DNA of 64,000 bases from the NCBI GenBank assembly GCA_902519405.1, contig CABYJX010000001.1, forward strand, positions 38,822-102,821, given 5' to 3'. Positions 32,872 to 42,309 of this stretch are shown in pieces. A program made the translations under genes and the position numbers. Every line of letters begins with the position of its first letter. Position 1 is the first letter of the stretch. The notes beneath the pieces are model-generated. The model saw only the letters and a list, made by a program, of their open reading frames with translations, made no database searches and was not told where the DNA came from. This stretch comes from an uncultured Gammaproteobacteria bacterium (GTDB lineage: Bacteria > Pseudomonadota > Gammaproteobacteria > Pseudomonadales > Halieaceae).

Positions 32872-34050
32872 ATGAGAGAAGCTGTAATCGTATCCACCGC
32901 ACGAACACCTATTGGGAAAGCCTATCGAGGAGGGTTCAATAATTTAGCTGGCGCGACCCTAGGCGCCGCAGCCGTTACAGCCGCCGTGGAAAGAGCTGGC
33001 ATCGACCCAGCCAGAGTGGACGATGTCATCATGGGTGCAGCGCTACAGCAAGGAGCAACAGGTTCTAATATTGCTAGGCAGATCGCGCTCAGGTCAGGGC
33101 TTCCTGTCACCGTCGCCGGCATGACGGTTGATCGGCAGTGCTCTTCAGGGCTTATGGCAGTCGCTACCGGTGCAAAACAGATTATCGATGATGGTATGAC
33201 CTGTGTCGTTGGAGGAGGCTTAGAATCGATTTCTTTAGTTCAGAATGAAAATATGAATCTCCATCGTATTGTCGATGAAGAACTGACTCACATGCATCCT
33301 TCGATTCACATGCCTATGCTCCAAACGGCTGAAGTCGTAGCCGATAGGTATGGAATCACCCGAGAAGCGATGGACGAATATGGATTTCAATCACAGCAAC
33401 GAACAGCTGCTGCCTATAAGGAAGGGCGATATGAAGATGAGCTTGCACCGGTGCAGTGTAATCGAATCGTTTGGAACAAAGACACTGGTGAGCAATCTGA
33501 AGTCGAGTCGACAGTGTCTGCTGATGAAGGTATTCGAGAAACTACCCTAGAGGGACTTGCTGGTTTAAAAACTGTAATAGAGGGCGGAACCATCACGGCC
33601 GGTAATGCCTCACAGCTATCTGATGGCTCGTCCGCACAGTTAATTATGGATGCAAAAACCGCTGAACAGGAAGGATTGGAGCCTCTTGGTATTTATCGAG
33701 GTTTGGCAGTTGCCGGCTGTGAGCCCGATGAAATGGGTATTGGTCCTGTCTTTGCAGTGCCTAAACTGCTGGCTCAGCATGGATTAAGTATGGACGATAT
33801 TGGTTTATGGGAGCTAAACGAAGCGTTTGCGGTACAAGTCATATATTGCCGAGATAGATTGGGTATTGATAATGAAAAGCTGAACGTGAGTGGTGGAGCA
33901 ATCTCTATTGGACATCCCTATGGAATGAGTGGCTCCAGAATGATTGGGCACGCACTTATCGAAGGCAAACGCCGCAAGGTGAAATATGTAGTTGTGACTA
34001 TGTGCGTCGGGGGTGGTATGGGTGCTGCTGGTCTCTTTGAAGTTGCATAA
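32872..34050 (+). CDS. Acetyl-CoA C-acyltransferase (thiolase)
   Basis: The sequence has [33 protein letters not shown] (active Cys) and [17 protein letters not shown]...[16 protein letters not shown] 32872 is preferred over TTG 32860. Confidence 0.92.
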   Translation: MREAVIVSTARTPIGKAYRGGFNNLAGATLGAAAVTAAVERAGIDPARVDDVIMGAALQQGATGSNIARQIALRSGLPVTVAGMTVDRQCSSGLMAVATGAKQIIDDGMTCVVGGGLESISLVQNENMNLHRIVDEELTHMHPSIHMPMLQTAEVVADRYGITREAMDEYGFQSQQRTAAAYKEGRYEDELAPVQCNRIVWNKDTGEQSEVESTVSADEGIRETTLEGLAGLKTVIEGGTITAGNASQLSDGSSAQLIMDAKTAEQEGLEPLGIYRGLAVAGCEPDEMGIGPVFAVPKLLAQHGLSMDDIGLWELNEAFAVQVIYCRDRLGIDNEKLNVSGGAISIGHPYGMSGSRMIGHALIEGKRRKVKYVVVTMCVGGGMGAAGLFEVA

Positions 34051-34077
34051 ATAGGCTATCGAGTAAGATATTTTAAA

Positions 34078-34107
34078 GCGGCGCCCTGATGGCGCCGCCT
34101 TATGTTT
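34078..34107 (+). terminator. Probable intrinsic terminator after the thiolase gene
   Basis: GCGGCGCC-CTGAT-GGCGCCGC forms an 8-bp all-GC stem followed by CTTATGTTT, a weak T-tract. Confidence 0.55.
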
Positions 34108-34135
34108 AGGGATTAGATGATTTTAAGGAGAGACG

Positions 34136-35113
34136 ATGAAAGCGTTGGTATGCAGCGAGCATGGGCTGGCAGATAAACTGAACCTGGTAGATGATTGGTC
34201 GACATCTGAGCTGGGGGAGCATGATGTCCGAATACAGGTTAAGGCAGCGAGTTTAAATTTCCCCGATGTATTGATTATTCAAGGGAAATATCAGTTTCAA
34301 CCAGAACTTCCCTTTGTTCCGGGAGGTGAGTCCTCGGGGATCGTCACTGAGGTGGGAGAAAAAGTCACCCGGGTGAAAGTAGGTGATAGCGTTGTTGCCA
34401 TGGGTACTATCGGTAGTTTTTGTGCTGAGGTGGTGACCAATGAGTTTGGTGTATATCCAATGCCTGATGGGCTTGATTTTACTCAGGCGGCTTCCATCGG
34501 AATTACCTATTTCACCTCTTATCATGCATTAAAACAGCGCGCAAATTTGCAGTCAGGGGAAACCATGCTGGTTCTTGGAGCCGCAGGGGGTGTTGGCACC
34601 AGTGCCGTAGAGCTTGGAAAGTTAATGGGAGCGAAAGTGATAGCGGCCGCCAGTAGCGAGGAGAAACTTGAAGTTTGCCGAAGCTTAGGCGCTGATGAGA
34701 CCATTAATTATGGTGAGACTGACTTAAAGCTAGCGATTAAGGAATTGACGGATGGCAAAGGAGTCGATGTAGTATACGACCCTATCGGGGGAGATTATTC
34801 TGAAGCGGCTATTCGCGGAATGGCCTGGAATGGACGATACTTAGTGATCGGTTTCGCAAGTGGACCCATTCCGAAAATCCCACTAAATTTAGCACTGTTG
34901 AAAGGTTGTTCTTTGGTTGGTGTGTTTTGGGGAAGATTTTGTGGTGAGGAGCCAGCGCAACACGTTAAAAATATTGAAGAGCTTTGGGCTCTTTTCTCAG
35001 AAGGCAAAATCAAACCTGTAATTACTGATATCTATCCAATCGAGCGCTACGAGGAGGCCTACGGCCTAATGATCAATAGAAAAGCACGTGGCAAAGTGGT
35101 AATGACCCTCTAA
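34136..35113 (+). CDS. NADPH:quinone oxidoreductase / zinc-independent MDR family
   Basis: The sequence has MKALV..., VKAASLNFPDVLIIQGKYQ, LVLGAAGGVGTSAVELGKLMGAKVIA and a C-terminal ARGKVV. Confidence 0.85.
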   Translation: MKALVCSEHGLADKLNLVDDWSTSELGEHDVRIQVKAASLNFPDVLIIQGKYQFQPELPFVPGGESSGIVTEVGEKVTRVKVGDSVVAMGTIGSFCAEVVTNEFGVYPMPDGLDFTQAASIGITYFTSYHALKQRANLQSGETMLVLGAAGGVGTSAVELGKLMGAKVIAAASSEEKLEVCRSLGADETINYGETDLKLAIKELTDGKGVDVVYDPIGGDYSEAAIRGMAWNGRYLVIGFASGPIPKIPLNLALLKGCSLVGVFWGRFCGEEPAQHVKNIEELWALFSEGKIKPVITDIYPIERYEEAYGLMINRKARGKVVMTL

Positions 35114-35134
35114 ATCCCAAAAGGAACCAAACTA

Positions 35135-35887
35135 ATGCAACGTTTTTCTGATCGGACGGTTCTAGTTACTGGCGCAGCAAGTGGCATTGGTAGAGCCGTT
35201 GCCCAGAGGATTGCGCGAGAGGCAGGCAATGTATTTTGCGTGGACGTGAACTCGGAGTTGTTGCAAGAAACTGTCGATTTGATATCAGCCGAGGGAGTCG
35301 GTGTTGCCGAAAGCCGAGTCTGTGATGTGAGTGACGCTAAATCCGTCACAGAAACCGTTCAAGCTTGTATAGATACTTTTGGTAGTCTGTATTCCATTAT
35401 TAACATGGCAGGCCTGTTGCGGTTTGATGATACCGAGCAGTTACGGATTGAAGACTGGGATCACGTAATAGCGGTTAACTTGACGGGCACTCTACTGTTT
35501 TGCAAAGCTGCTATCCCTCATTTGCTAGAAAGTCGTGGAAGTATGGTAAATGCGGCGTCTACTGCTGCTATTGCTGGATTACCTTGTGGTGTAGCCTATT
35601 CGGCAAGCAAGGGCGGCGTCTTGGCAATGACCCGAAGTCTTGCAATTGAGTATGGGAAAAGAGGTATCCGGGCGAACTGTATTTGCCCAGGCGACATTAA
35701 TACTTCTATGAGTAAAGACGCAGAGTTCCCCGAAAGTATGGATTTTGATTTAATACCTCGTTTAATGTCGCTGACCGGAGCACGCGAGCCAGAGGTCGTG
35801 GCGGGTGTCGCTGCAATGCTGGCTTCGGAGGACGCTGCTCATATCACAGGTGAAGATATCCGCGTCGATGGAGGTACGCTTTCCTGA
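35135..35887 (+). CDS. SDR family oxidoreductase
   Basis: The sequence has TVLVTGAASGIGRAVA, the YSASKGG catalytic motif and a C-terminal ITGEDIRVDGG. Confidence 0.85.
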   Translation: MQRFSDRTVLVTGAASGIGRAVAQRIAREAGNVFCVDVNSELLQETVDLISAEGVGVAESRVCDVSDAKSVTETVQACIDTFGSLYSIINMAGLLRFDDTEQLRIEDWDHVIAVNLTGTLLFCKAAIPHLLESRGSMVNAASTAAIAGLPCGVAYSASKGGVLAMTRSLAIEYGKRGIRANCICPGDINTSMSKDAEFPESMDFDLIPRLMSLTGAREPEVVAGVAAMLASEDAAHITGEDIRVDGGTLS

Positions 35888-36133
35888 GGGCACCTACAAC
35901 TTAATGCCATCTCACCGATAATCTGAGATGAATACATAAATACGGTTCGTTTGGATAGCCTTTGTATGAACAAGGATTTACGGTGCGCTCTCCAACCAGA
36001 ATTTATTCACTGGTTAACAAGACTGGCCCTGATTTTCGGGATTACCATGGGTACCGTGCTGAAGCAGCTGTGGCCATCTAGCTCCGTAGTTCTCAACGGA
36101 CTACACTGGTAAATAGTATTTGGAGAAATCTTT

Positions 36134-36655
36134 ATGAAGATATTGGATGAGGAAACGAAACGTAGGACCGCTGACCGATTGATTCAGTCTCATGGAGACG
36201 CTACCGAAACTGGGGACTGGATTTCTTTTGTAGATCAACTTTATGCGAGAGACTGTATTTACTCATGTCACTATGCAGGGGTGATGGATGTAGTTGCTAC
36301 TGGAATTGATCAGATTAAAGAGACTCATTATGGGAGAGATATGCAAGTAGGTTGGGAGGGGTGGGAATTTCCCTACGTCGGCGTGTATGTTGGTGCGGGT
36401 AAGGACTTGGTCACCCACTGGTTAAATAGAGGTCCGGGAAAGAGAGAAGATGGTACTTACTTTGAAAGCCCGGGTATTTCATTTATAAGTTTAAATGACT
36501 CCGGATTTATTTCTAGGCAGTTGGATATGTTTGACTTAGCGCATCAAATGAAATTATGTGATGAACTGGAGTCAGTTGGTTTGCTCTCTTCCAAACTTAA
36601 AGAAAGTTGGGTTCTGCCAATGAAATCAAAACTGATTGACCAACTAAATGTTTAG
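36134..36655 (+). CDS. Hypothetical protein, possibly NTF2/SnoaL-like fold
   Basis: The ORF is 173 aa and is preceded by GGAGAAA. It has no signal peptide or TM segment. The family assignment is a guess from size and composition. Confidence 0.55.
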   Translation: MKILDEETKRRTADRLIQSHGDATETGDWISFVDQLYARDCIYSCHYAGVMDVVATGIDQIKETHYGRDMQVGWEGWEFPYVGVYVGAGKDLVTHWLNRGPGKREDGTYFESPGISFISLNDSGFISRQLDMFDLAHQMKLCDELESVGLLSSKLKESWVLPMKSKLIDQLNV

Positions 36656-36664
36656 CGGATTTTT

Positions 36665-37645
36665 GTGATGCAGGCTAATCTAAGATTAAATCTTACTGGG
36701 AGTGAAAGTGATCCCCTATTGAGATCAATCCGCTACCAGACAGCGATCCAAATGGCTAAATTTGCTGATGAAAAAGGTTTTACGAGTGTCAATGTAGAGG
36801 AGCATCATGTCGCTGAAAACGGCTGGTTGCCATCGCCCTTGGTTATGGCGGGAGCGATTGCATCTGCAACCGAGCGGATCAATATTGGGATCATGGCACT
36901 GCTGGCCCCACTCTATGATCCGATACGTCTCGCAGAAGATATAGCTGTTATTGATCTAATCAGTCAGGGACGGTTGTCTTTCATTGCTGGTCAGGGATAC
37001 AGGGAGATCGAATATCATATTTCAAATAAACCCTATGAAAAGCGCGGGGAGTGGATGGACCATGTCCTAGATACTTTATTAAAGTCATGGGACGACGAAA
37101 CCTTCGAGTATCGTGGAAAGAAGGTCAACGTAACGCCCAAACCTTTTTCCCGTCCGCATCCTGCTTTCTTTGTTGGTGGTATGAGTCGACCGGCTGCGCG
37201 GCGAGCAGCGCGCTTTGGCTTACCTTTCTCTCCACCAGTTGCTAATCCTGAGCTCGAAACTTATTATCATGATCAGTTAGCAAAATATGGGAAGGAGGGT
37301 TACGTTTCCTGCCCGCCGGCAAATGTGAGTGTATTATTTTTAGATGAGGACCCGGAATCTGCTTGGAACGATATCGGTAGCTATTTTCTAAATGAAGCGG
37401 CCGAATATAGCCGCTGGGGGACTGAGGATCTGGAGCGGCCCCTGGAGATTGATCACACCAACCTAGATGTTTTAAGAAGCACGGGATTTTACGAAATTAT
37501 TACGCCGGATGAATGCCTCAATAGGCATTTAGATAATGACTCATTTTATGCTGTGGTTCATCCCCTTGTAGGTGGAATGCCAATTGAGAGAGCATGGCAC
37601 TGTATGGAACTTTATTCATCAAAAGTACTATCAAAACTTGTTTAA
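36665..37645 (+). CDS. Luciferase-like (LLM class) flavin-dependent oxidoreductase
   Basis: The sequence has VEEHHVAENGWLPSPLVMAGAIA, LAEDIAVIDLISQGRLSFIAGQGYR and FFVGGMSRPAARRAARFGLPF. Confidence 0.78.
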   Translation: MMQANLRLNLTGSESDPLLRSIRYQTAIQMAKFADEKGFTSVNVEEHHVAENGWLPSPLVMAGAIASATERINIGIMALLAPLYDPIRLAEDIAVIDLISQGRLSFIAGQGYREIEYHISNKPYEKRGEWMDHVLDTLLKSWDDETFEYRGKKVNVTPKPFSRPHPAFFVGGMSRPAARRAARFGLPFSPPVANPELETYYHDQLAKYGKEGYVSCPPANVSVLFLDEDPESAWNDIGSYFLNEAAEYSRWGTEDLERPLEIDHTNLDVLRSTGFYEIITPDECLNRHLDNDSFYAVVHPLVGGMPIERAWHCMELYSSKVLSKLV

Positions 37646-37657
37646 GGGTGATCTTTC

Positions 37658-39202
37658 TTGGACAAAGAAAAAGCTAAGATAAATCAAGGAAAGCTAAGAC
37701 GCAGAGATATTTTGCTGGGCGTCGCTTCAGCATCTTTGACCAGCAGCTTCGCCGCAAACTTTTCCAAAGCATCAAATTCTCCCAATAATTGGGATATAAA
37801 AACTGACGTTTTGGTTATGGGTTCGGGTTCGGCGGGAACCAGTGCGGCGATAGAGGCACGACGCTCCGGCGCTGATGTCCTGGTAATAGAAGGGCTAAGC
37901 CAGTTGGGTGGATCTTCGGCAATGTCTGGTGGGGTGGTATATGCAGGTGGAGGTACAGCGCTACAGCGCGCACTAAAAATTACCGACACGGTCGACTCGA
38001 TGTATGACTTTATTACGAAGGCCGGTGGAGTGCATCCAGAGCCCAGAAAAGTACAACGTTATTGTGAAGGCAGTGTTGAACATTTTGATTGGTTAGTCGC
38101 GAATGGTGTGCCCTACTCAGAGAATCTATCTCTGGCCAAGGGTATACCTATGGGTGAGGCATCGCTTTATTTCTCGGGTTGCGAGTTAGCATGGCCAGCA
38201 AATGAACTCGCTCTGCCGGCTCCCAGAGGACACGTTCCTGGAAGACTTGGAATGACTGGTGGAAGATATCTTATGGCTGCCTTGCAGAACAGCGCTAATA
38301 AGCTGGGTGTCAGATATTTAACACGTACCAAGGGAATGGAATTACTATCGGGGGTTGATGGGATGATCCGTGGAGTAATCGTGGAGAGAGAAGGAAAAAC
38401 GATATCTATCCTTGCTCGCAAGGCGGTGATATTGGCTAGTGGGGGATTTATTCATAACCGAGAAATGCTCGAGCTTCATGCTCCGGAACTAGCCGCTTGT
38501 TCGGTGCCCTGGGGTAGTGCTGGAGATCAGGGTGATGGGATCAACATGGGGGTTTCGGCTGGGGCAACGACCCTGCGTATGAATCAGGGTTTTGCAATCG
38601 CTCCAATCTACCCACCTGAAGATGTTATCTCAGGCATTGTTGTAAATGAAAATGGGCAGAGGTTTCTTCCTGAGGATACCTATCATGGCGTTTTAGGGGA
38701 TGCTATTGCTTATCATCAAGGTGGAAAAGCGTGGTTAATAACCGATGAAGCCAGTGGCTATAAATATAAGCAGGATAATTTTCTCGCCGTGGCAAAGGCC
38801 GACACAATATCAGCATTGTCACAGACACTGGGTTTTCCAGATGGCTCATTAGAGACTACAGTCTCGTATTATAACCGGTTCGCGAGGGCGGGTAGTGATC
38901 CGGTATTTAAAAAGAACGCCGACTATCTCCGACCCCTAGAGAGTCCTTTTACAGCTTGGGACTTGTCTGTAACAAATGCTTTTTTCCCCGCGCATACTTT
39001 TGGGGGACTAAAAACGACAGTAGATTCAGAAGTAATGAACTCTAGTGGGGAGACTATTCCTAAACTATTTTCGATCGGTCGGACTGCTGCGGGGATCCCC
39101 ATCGCCCCTTATTTTGCAAGTGGTCTATCGGTTGGTGATTGTACATTTTTCGGGCGTATTGCTGGGTCGAAAGCAGCCTCTTTGGAAAGTATTTCATCAT
39201 GA
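37658..39202 (+). CDS. Tat-exported FAD-binding dehydrogenase (FAD_binding_2 / KstD-fumarate reductase flavoprotein-like)
   Basis: The start is TTG. A twin-arginine leader KLRRRDILLGVASASLTSSFAANFSKA precedes the dinucleotide fold DVLVMGSGSAGTSAAIEARRSGADVLVIE. The C-terminal IGRTAAG...GR motif is typical of this flavoprotein family. Confidence 0.85.
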   Translation: MDKEKAKINQGKLRRRDILLGVASASLTSSFAANFSKASNSPNNWDIKTDVLVMGSGSAGTSAAIEARRSGADVLVIEGLSQLGGSSAMSGGVVYAGGGTALQRALKITDTVDSMYDFITKAGGVHPEPRKVQRYCEGSVEHFDWLVANGVPYSENLSLAKGIPMGEASLYFSGCELAWPANELALPAPRGHVPGRLGMTGGRYLMAALQNSANKLGVRYLTRTKGMELLSGVDGMIRGVIVEREGKTISILARKAVILASGGFIHNREMLELHAPELAACSVPWGSAGDQGDGINMGVSAGATTLRMNQGFAIAPIYPPEDVISGIVVNENGQRFLPEDTYHGVLGDAIAYHQGGKAWLITDEASGYKYKQDNFLAVAKADTISALSQTLGFPDGSLETTVSYYNRFARAGSDPVFKKNADYLRPLESPFTAWDLSVTNAFFPAHTFGGLKTTVDSEVMNSSGETIPKLFSIGRTAAGIPIAPYFASGLSVGDCTFFGRIAGSKAASLESISS

Positions 39203-39594
39203 GAGTCGGGGCATTACTATTAACTTTTCTCTCCCTATTTGGACACTCCACATTTTCTCAGGATTTGATGCGAATTCCCGAGGGCAATCCTGACCGAGGA
39301 CGCCTAATCTTTGGACAGTGTCGAACCTGCCACTACCCGGAGAAAGGGGTAGGTCATAATAATGGGCCTAGCTTATATCAAATTTTTGGCAAGGTAGTAG
39401 GGAGTCAAGATGGGTTTGAGTATTATTCAGAAAATTTTACACAGGCGGATTTCGTATGGACGCCTATATTTATGTTTTACTGGCTTGCCAATCCCATGGA
39501 GATATTTCCGGAATCAACAATGATGAGTCTGGGTGTCGTAGATCCTCAGGAAAGGGCTGATTTAGTTGCTTATTTAGTTGAAGCATCAGAATAG
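39199..39594 (+). CDS. Class I (c2/mitochondrial-type) monohaem cytochrome c, Sec signal peptide
   Basis: The ATG overlaps the flavoprotein stop (ATGA). The signal peptide is MRVGALLLTFLSLFGHSTFSQ. The haem motif is GRLIFGQCRTCH, followed by GPSLYQIFGKVVGS...FEYS... and a distal Met region STMMSLG...DLVAYL. The start at 39139 in the ORF track is an over-extension. Confidence 0.85.
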   Translation: MRVGALLLTFLSLFGHSTFSQDLMRIPEGNPDRGRLIFGQCRTCHYPEKGVGHNNGPSLYQIFGKVVGSQDGFEYYSENFTQADFVWTPIFMFYWLANPMEIFPESTMMSLGVVDPQERADLVAYLVEASE

Positions 39595-39696
39595 GAGCTG
39601 AGAGATTAAAATAAGGACTTTGCAAACTAAAGAAGGCTATCCATCGTTTGGAAAACTGGTTTACCATAAAACATATAGTAGATTAGGGAGAAGCTT

Positions 39697-40602
39697 ATGA
39701 AAATATTGGTAGTCGGTGGAACCGGCTTGATCGGCGGGCATGTGGCACTCGAGCTCCTTGCTGCAGGGCACGACGTTACTTTGATGGCGCGCAAACCACC
39801 ATCTACTCCCGCACTAAGTGAGATGGCATATGTGAGTGGCGACTATGTGTTAGACGATTTTTCCGATGGTCGATTGGAGGGTTTCGAAGCTCTTATATTT
39901 GCGGCCGCAGTGGACATTCGTTATTTACCAAGTGATGGATCTGAGACCCCTGAAGCATTTTACCGGCGCTGTAATAGTGATGGCGTGCCGCGCTTTATCC
40001 AAGCAGCCAAGAGCGCTGGAATCTCTAAGGTGGTGTATGTGGGGAGTTTCTACCCCCAAGTAGCACCACAGAGGATATCTGCATGTCCCTATGTAGAATC
40101 GAGACATCTTGCGGATGAAGGCGCTAGGGCATTGGCAAGTTCAGAATTTTCCGTATGTAGTGTCAATGCTCCTTATGTTCTCGGTGCGCTCTCAGGATTA
40201 GAAATAGAGCATTTAAGTGTCATGGTGGCCTATGCTCGGGGCCAGCTCGAGAACTTACCCTTATTCGCGCCGCCTGGTGGAACAAACCACCTCTCGGTTA
40301 AGTCTCTTTCTCAGGCACTAATAGGGGCCTTAGCAAAAGGGGAGTCAGGAAAAGCTTATTTAGTTGGTGATGAGAACTATAGCTGGAAAGATTATCTGGA
40401 GCTCTGGTTTTCTTTGGCAGGCAATCCAATGGATTTGGAAGTGCGAACAGAGGATCATCCATTACTACCCAATGTGATTATGTTTGCTGGTATAGGCGCG
40501 ACGGTCAGCTACGAGCCAGACCCAGACGAATCTCTATTGCTAGGTTACTCTCGAAATCAAATTAGAGATACGATCAGTGAAGTAATCGATGTTTATGGTT
40601 GA
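39697..40602 (+). CDS. NAD(P)-dependent epimerase/dehydratase-family oxidoreductase (extended SDR)
   Basis: The sequence MKILVVGGTGLIGGHVALELLAAGHDVTLMAR is a Rossmann N-terminus. Confidence 0.8.
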   Translation: MKILVVGGTGLIGGHVALELLAAGHDVTLMARKPPSTPALSEMAYVSGDYVLDDFSDGRLEGFEALIFAAAVDIRYLPSDGSETPEAFYRRCNSDGVPRFIQAAKSAGISKVVYVGSFYPQVAPQRISACPYVESRHLADEGARALASSEFSVCSVNAPYVLGALSGLEIEHLSVMVAYARGQLENLPLFAPPGGTNHLSVKSLSQALIGALAKGESGKAYLVGDENYSWKDYLELWFSLAGNPMDLEVRTEDHPLLPNVIMFAGIGATVSYEPDPDESLLLGYSRNQIRDTISEVIDVYG

Positions 40603-40636
40603 TTTATATTTTAATAAATATGCTGCTAGCGTGTGA

Positions 40637-41059
40637 TTGTCGGGAGATAGAATAGTGGAAAAGACGATACCCAATGATTTGGCCGTGCGTTATGCGAAGT
40701 ACGTAGATGATAGAGAATTCGAGCGATTTCGTGAGATCATGTTGCCAAATTTTACGCAGCAGGGACCTGGTTTTGCGTCCGGTTCACTTGATGAATTCAT
40801 TGCTAGCCTAGCCCTGCTTGAGAATTACTCCGCTACGTTTCATATCATTGGTCAGCAAACAGGTATTTGGAATGGAGATCACTATATTGGAGAGACCTGG
40901 GGTGTTGCGTCACATATATATGACAGGGAGGGAGAAGTTAGAAAATTTGACATGGGAATTCGATATGCGGATATCATTGAAATTATAGATGGGGACGGCT
41001 GGTTTGTCTCCCGAAATCTAAATGTAGTTTGGACTCAGGATTTACCCACAGGCACCTAG
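40637..41059 (+). CDS. SnoaL-like / NTF2-family protein
   Basis: The sequence LAVRYAKYVDDREFERFREIMLPNF is a typical SnoaL_4-type N-terminus. The protein is about 140 aa and uses a TTG start. Confidence 0.62.
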   Translation: MSGDRIVEKTIPNDLAVRYAKYVDDREFERFREIMLPNFTQQGPGFASGSLDEFIASLALLENYSATFHIIGQQTGIWNGDHYIGETWGVASHIYDREGEVRKFDMGIRYADIIEIIDGDGWFVSRNLNVVWTQDLPTGT

Positions 41060-41078
41060 GATCTACACTCTCGACAAA

Positions 41079-41447
41079 TTATTCATCAGCTGACTCAGCG
41101 ATAGCCTCCTCTAAAGGATTAAGCATTGATGCAGCTCTGGGATAACCTGAGTATTGTGCGATGAATAGTAATAGCTCTCTGGCCTCTTCAGCGGTCATCT
41201 CATCGCGTTTTAATGCCGCTTTAACTTGAATTTTAAAGGTCGTTGCCTCTCCCTTCTCTGCGATGATGCCCAGCAACAAAATACGTTTATCTCTCATAGA
41301 CAATACGTCTCTTGTCCATAGTTCCGCAAACAGCTGTTTTAACATATTGTCGGTGAAGGTGTAGCCTTCAGGGGGGCATACGACATCTCCCGCATACACC
41401 TCCTTCAACATTTCTTCCCCCTTTTCTCTGCGTTCCTGGTCTTTCAT
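41079..41447 (-). CDS. Carboxymuconolactone decarboxylase (CMD/AhpD-like) family protein
   Basis: The sequence ELWTRDVLSMRDKRILLLGIIAEKGE...LLLFIAQYSGYPRA is the CMD family pattern. Confidence 0.78.
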   Translation of the reverse strand: MKDQERREKGEEMLKEVYAGDVVCPPEGYTFTDNMLKQLFAELWTRDVLSMRDKRILLLGIIAEKGEATTFKIQVKAALKRDEMTAEEARELLLFIAQYSGYPRAASMLNPLEEAIAESADE

Positions 41448-41456
41448 TACATGACC

Positions 41457-42179
41457 CTATTCGTAGGTTCTAAATAATTTATCAAATATTAAAGTGATTG
41501 AAGCATAGTTTCCCATTTGCATATTCTCATGATGCCTATGATGTTTGGCTGCTATCCAGTGGATTGTTCTGAAGGGGAAAGACGAGTTATCAATAGAAGT
41601 ATGATTGAGAATGTTTAGCTGCACATAAATAATATACACGCACACGATCGAAATAATATCGAAGGGACCAGTAAATAAGCTTAGACCACCGATGGTCAAA
41701 AAGAATAGCGTCAGACCCAAAAATGTTTCTATTGGATGTACGTAATGAGCATCTATATAGGTTGGTGTTCTAGCCTGATGATGTATCGCATGAATCTGAC
41801 GCATGGGACCCGTTCCATGAAACCAGAAGCGATGCATGAGGTAATAAAAAAAATCATAGATCATCAAAATCAGCACTACATTTAAAAGTATATTTAAAGG
41901 TTCGCCCGCGTCTGAAGTTATACAGAAAGGCAAGATCAGTAGAAAGAACGTGAGGTTGGTATAAAGCCCAGCGCGTTGAGTATCCTTAATTACTAGTGGA
42001 TATTTTTCTTGCGCTAATTTCTTTTTATCTAGTTCATGATTGCGTTGTTTCATCGCATTTGCTTCTGGGTGTTTAAATATTCCTTGCTTTAGAAGCTTAG
42101 TCAGGATAGCAATTGCAAGTAATGCAATTAGGCTTGATTGCCAATCGTAAGATTCGTACACCGAGTTGAAAAATGTCAT
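41457..42179 (-). CDS. Fatty acid hydroxylase / sterol desaturase family membrane di-iron enzyme
   Basis: Three His boxes are present: YYLMHRFWFH, IHAIHHQAR and AAKHHRHHE. The protein has several TM segments. The ATG at 42179 (MTFFNSVYES...) is preferred, because the longer ORF to 42365 would overlap the divergent dehydrogenase gene. Confidence 0.8.
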   Translation of the reverse strand: MTFFNSVYESYDWQSSLIALLAIAILTKLLKQGIFKHPEANAMKQRNHELDKKKLAQEKYPLVIKDTQRAGLYTNLTFFLLILPFCITSDAGEPLNILLNVVLILMIYDFFYYLMHRFWFHGTGPMRQIHAIHHQARTPTYIDAHYVHPIETFLGLTLFFLTIGGLSLFTGPFDIISIVCVYIIYVQLNILNHTSIDNSSFPFRTIHWIAAKHHRHHENMQMGNYASITLIFDKLFRTYE

Positions 42180-42309
42180 TTGTGTTACCTTTTGACCTGA
42201 TGGCCCCGCAGCCACTAAAACGTGATCTAGATGATAGCTCCTGAGCCTCCTTTTGTTTAGACTAAAAGTAGGTTCACGCTGGGGATATTTAAACATATTG
42301 AGGTGCAAA

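Noticed and set aside
35966-36082. A 38-codon ORF (MNKDLRCALQPEFIHWLTRLALIFGITMGTVLKQLWPS) in the 245-bp gap before the gene at 36134, together with small hairpins at about 35918-35940 and 35995-36016.
   Set aside because: It is too short, has no RBS and no support beyond one hydrophobic stretch. The hairpins have only 6-7-bp stems and no T-tracts. It is not reportable as a gene or terminator.
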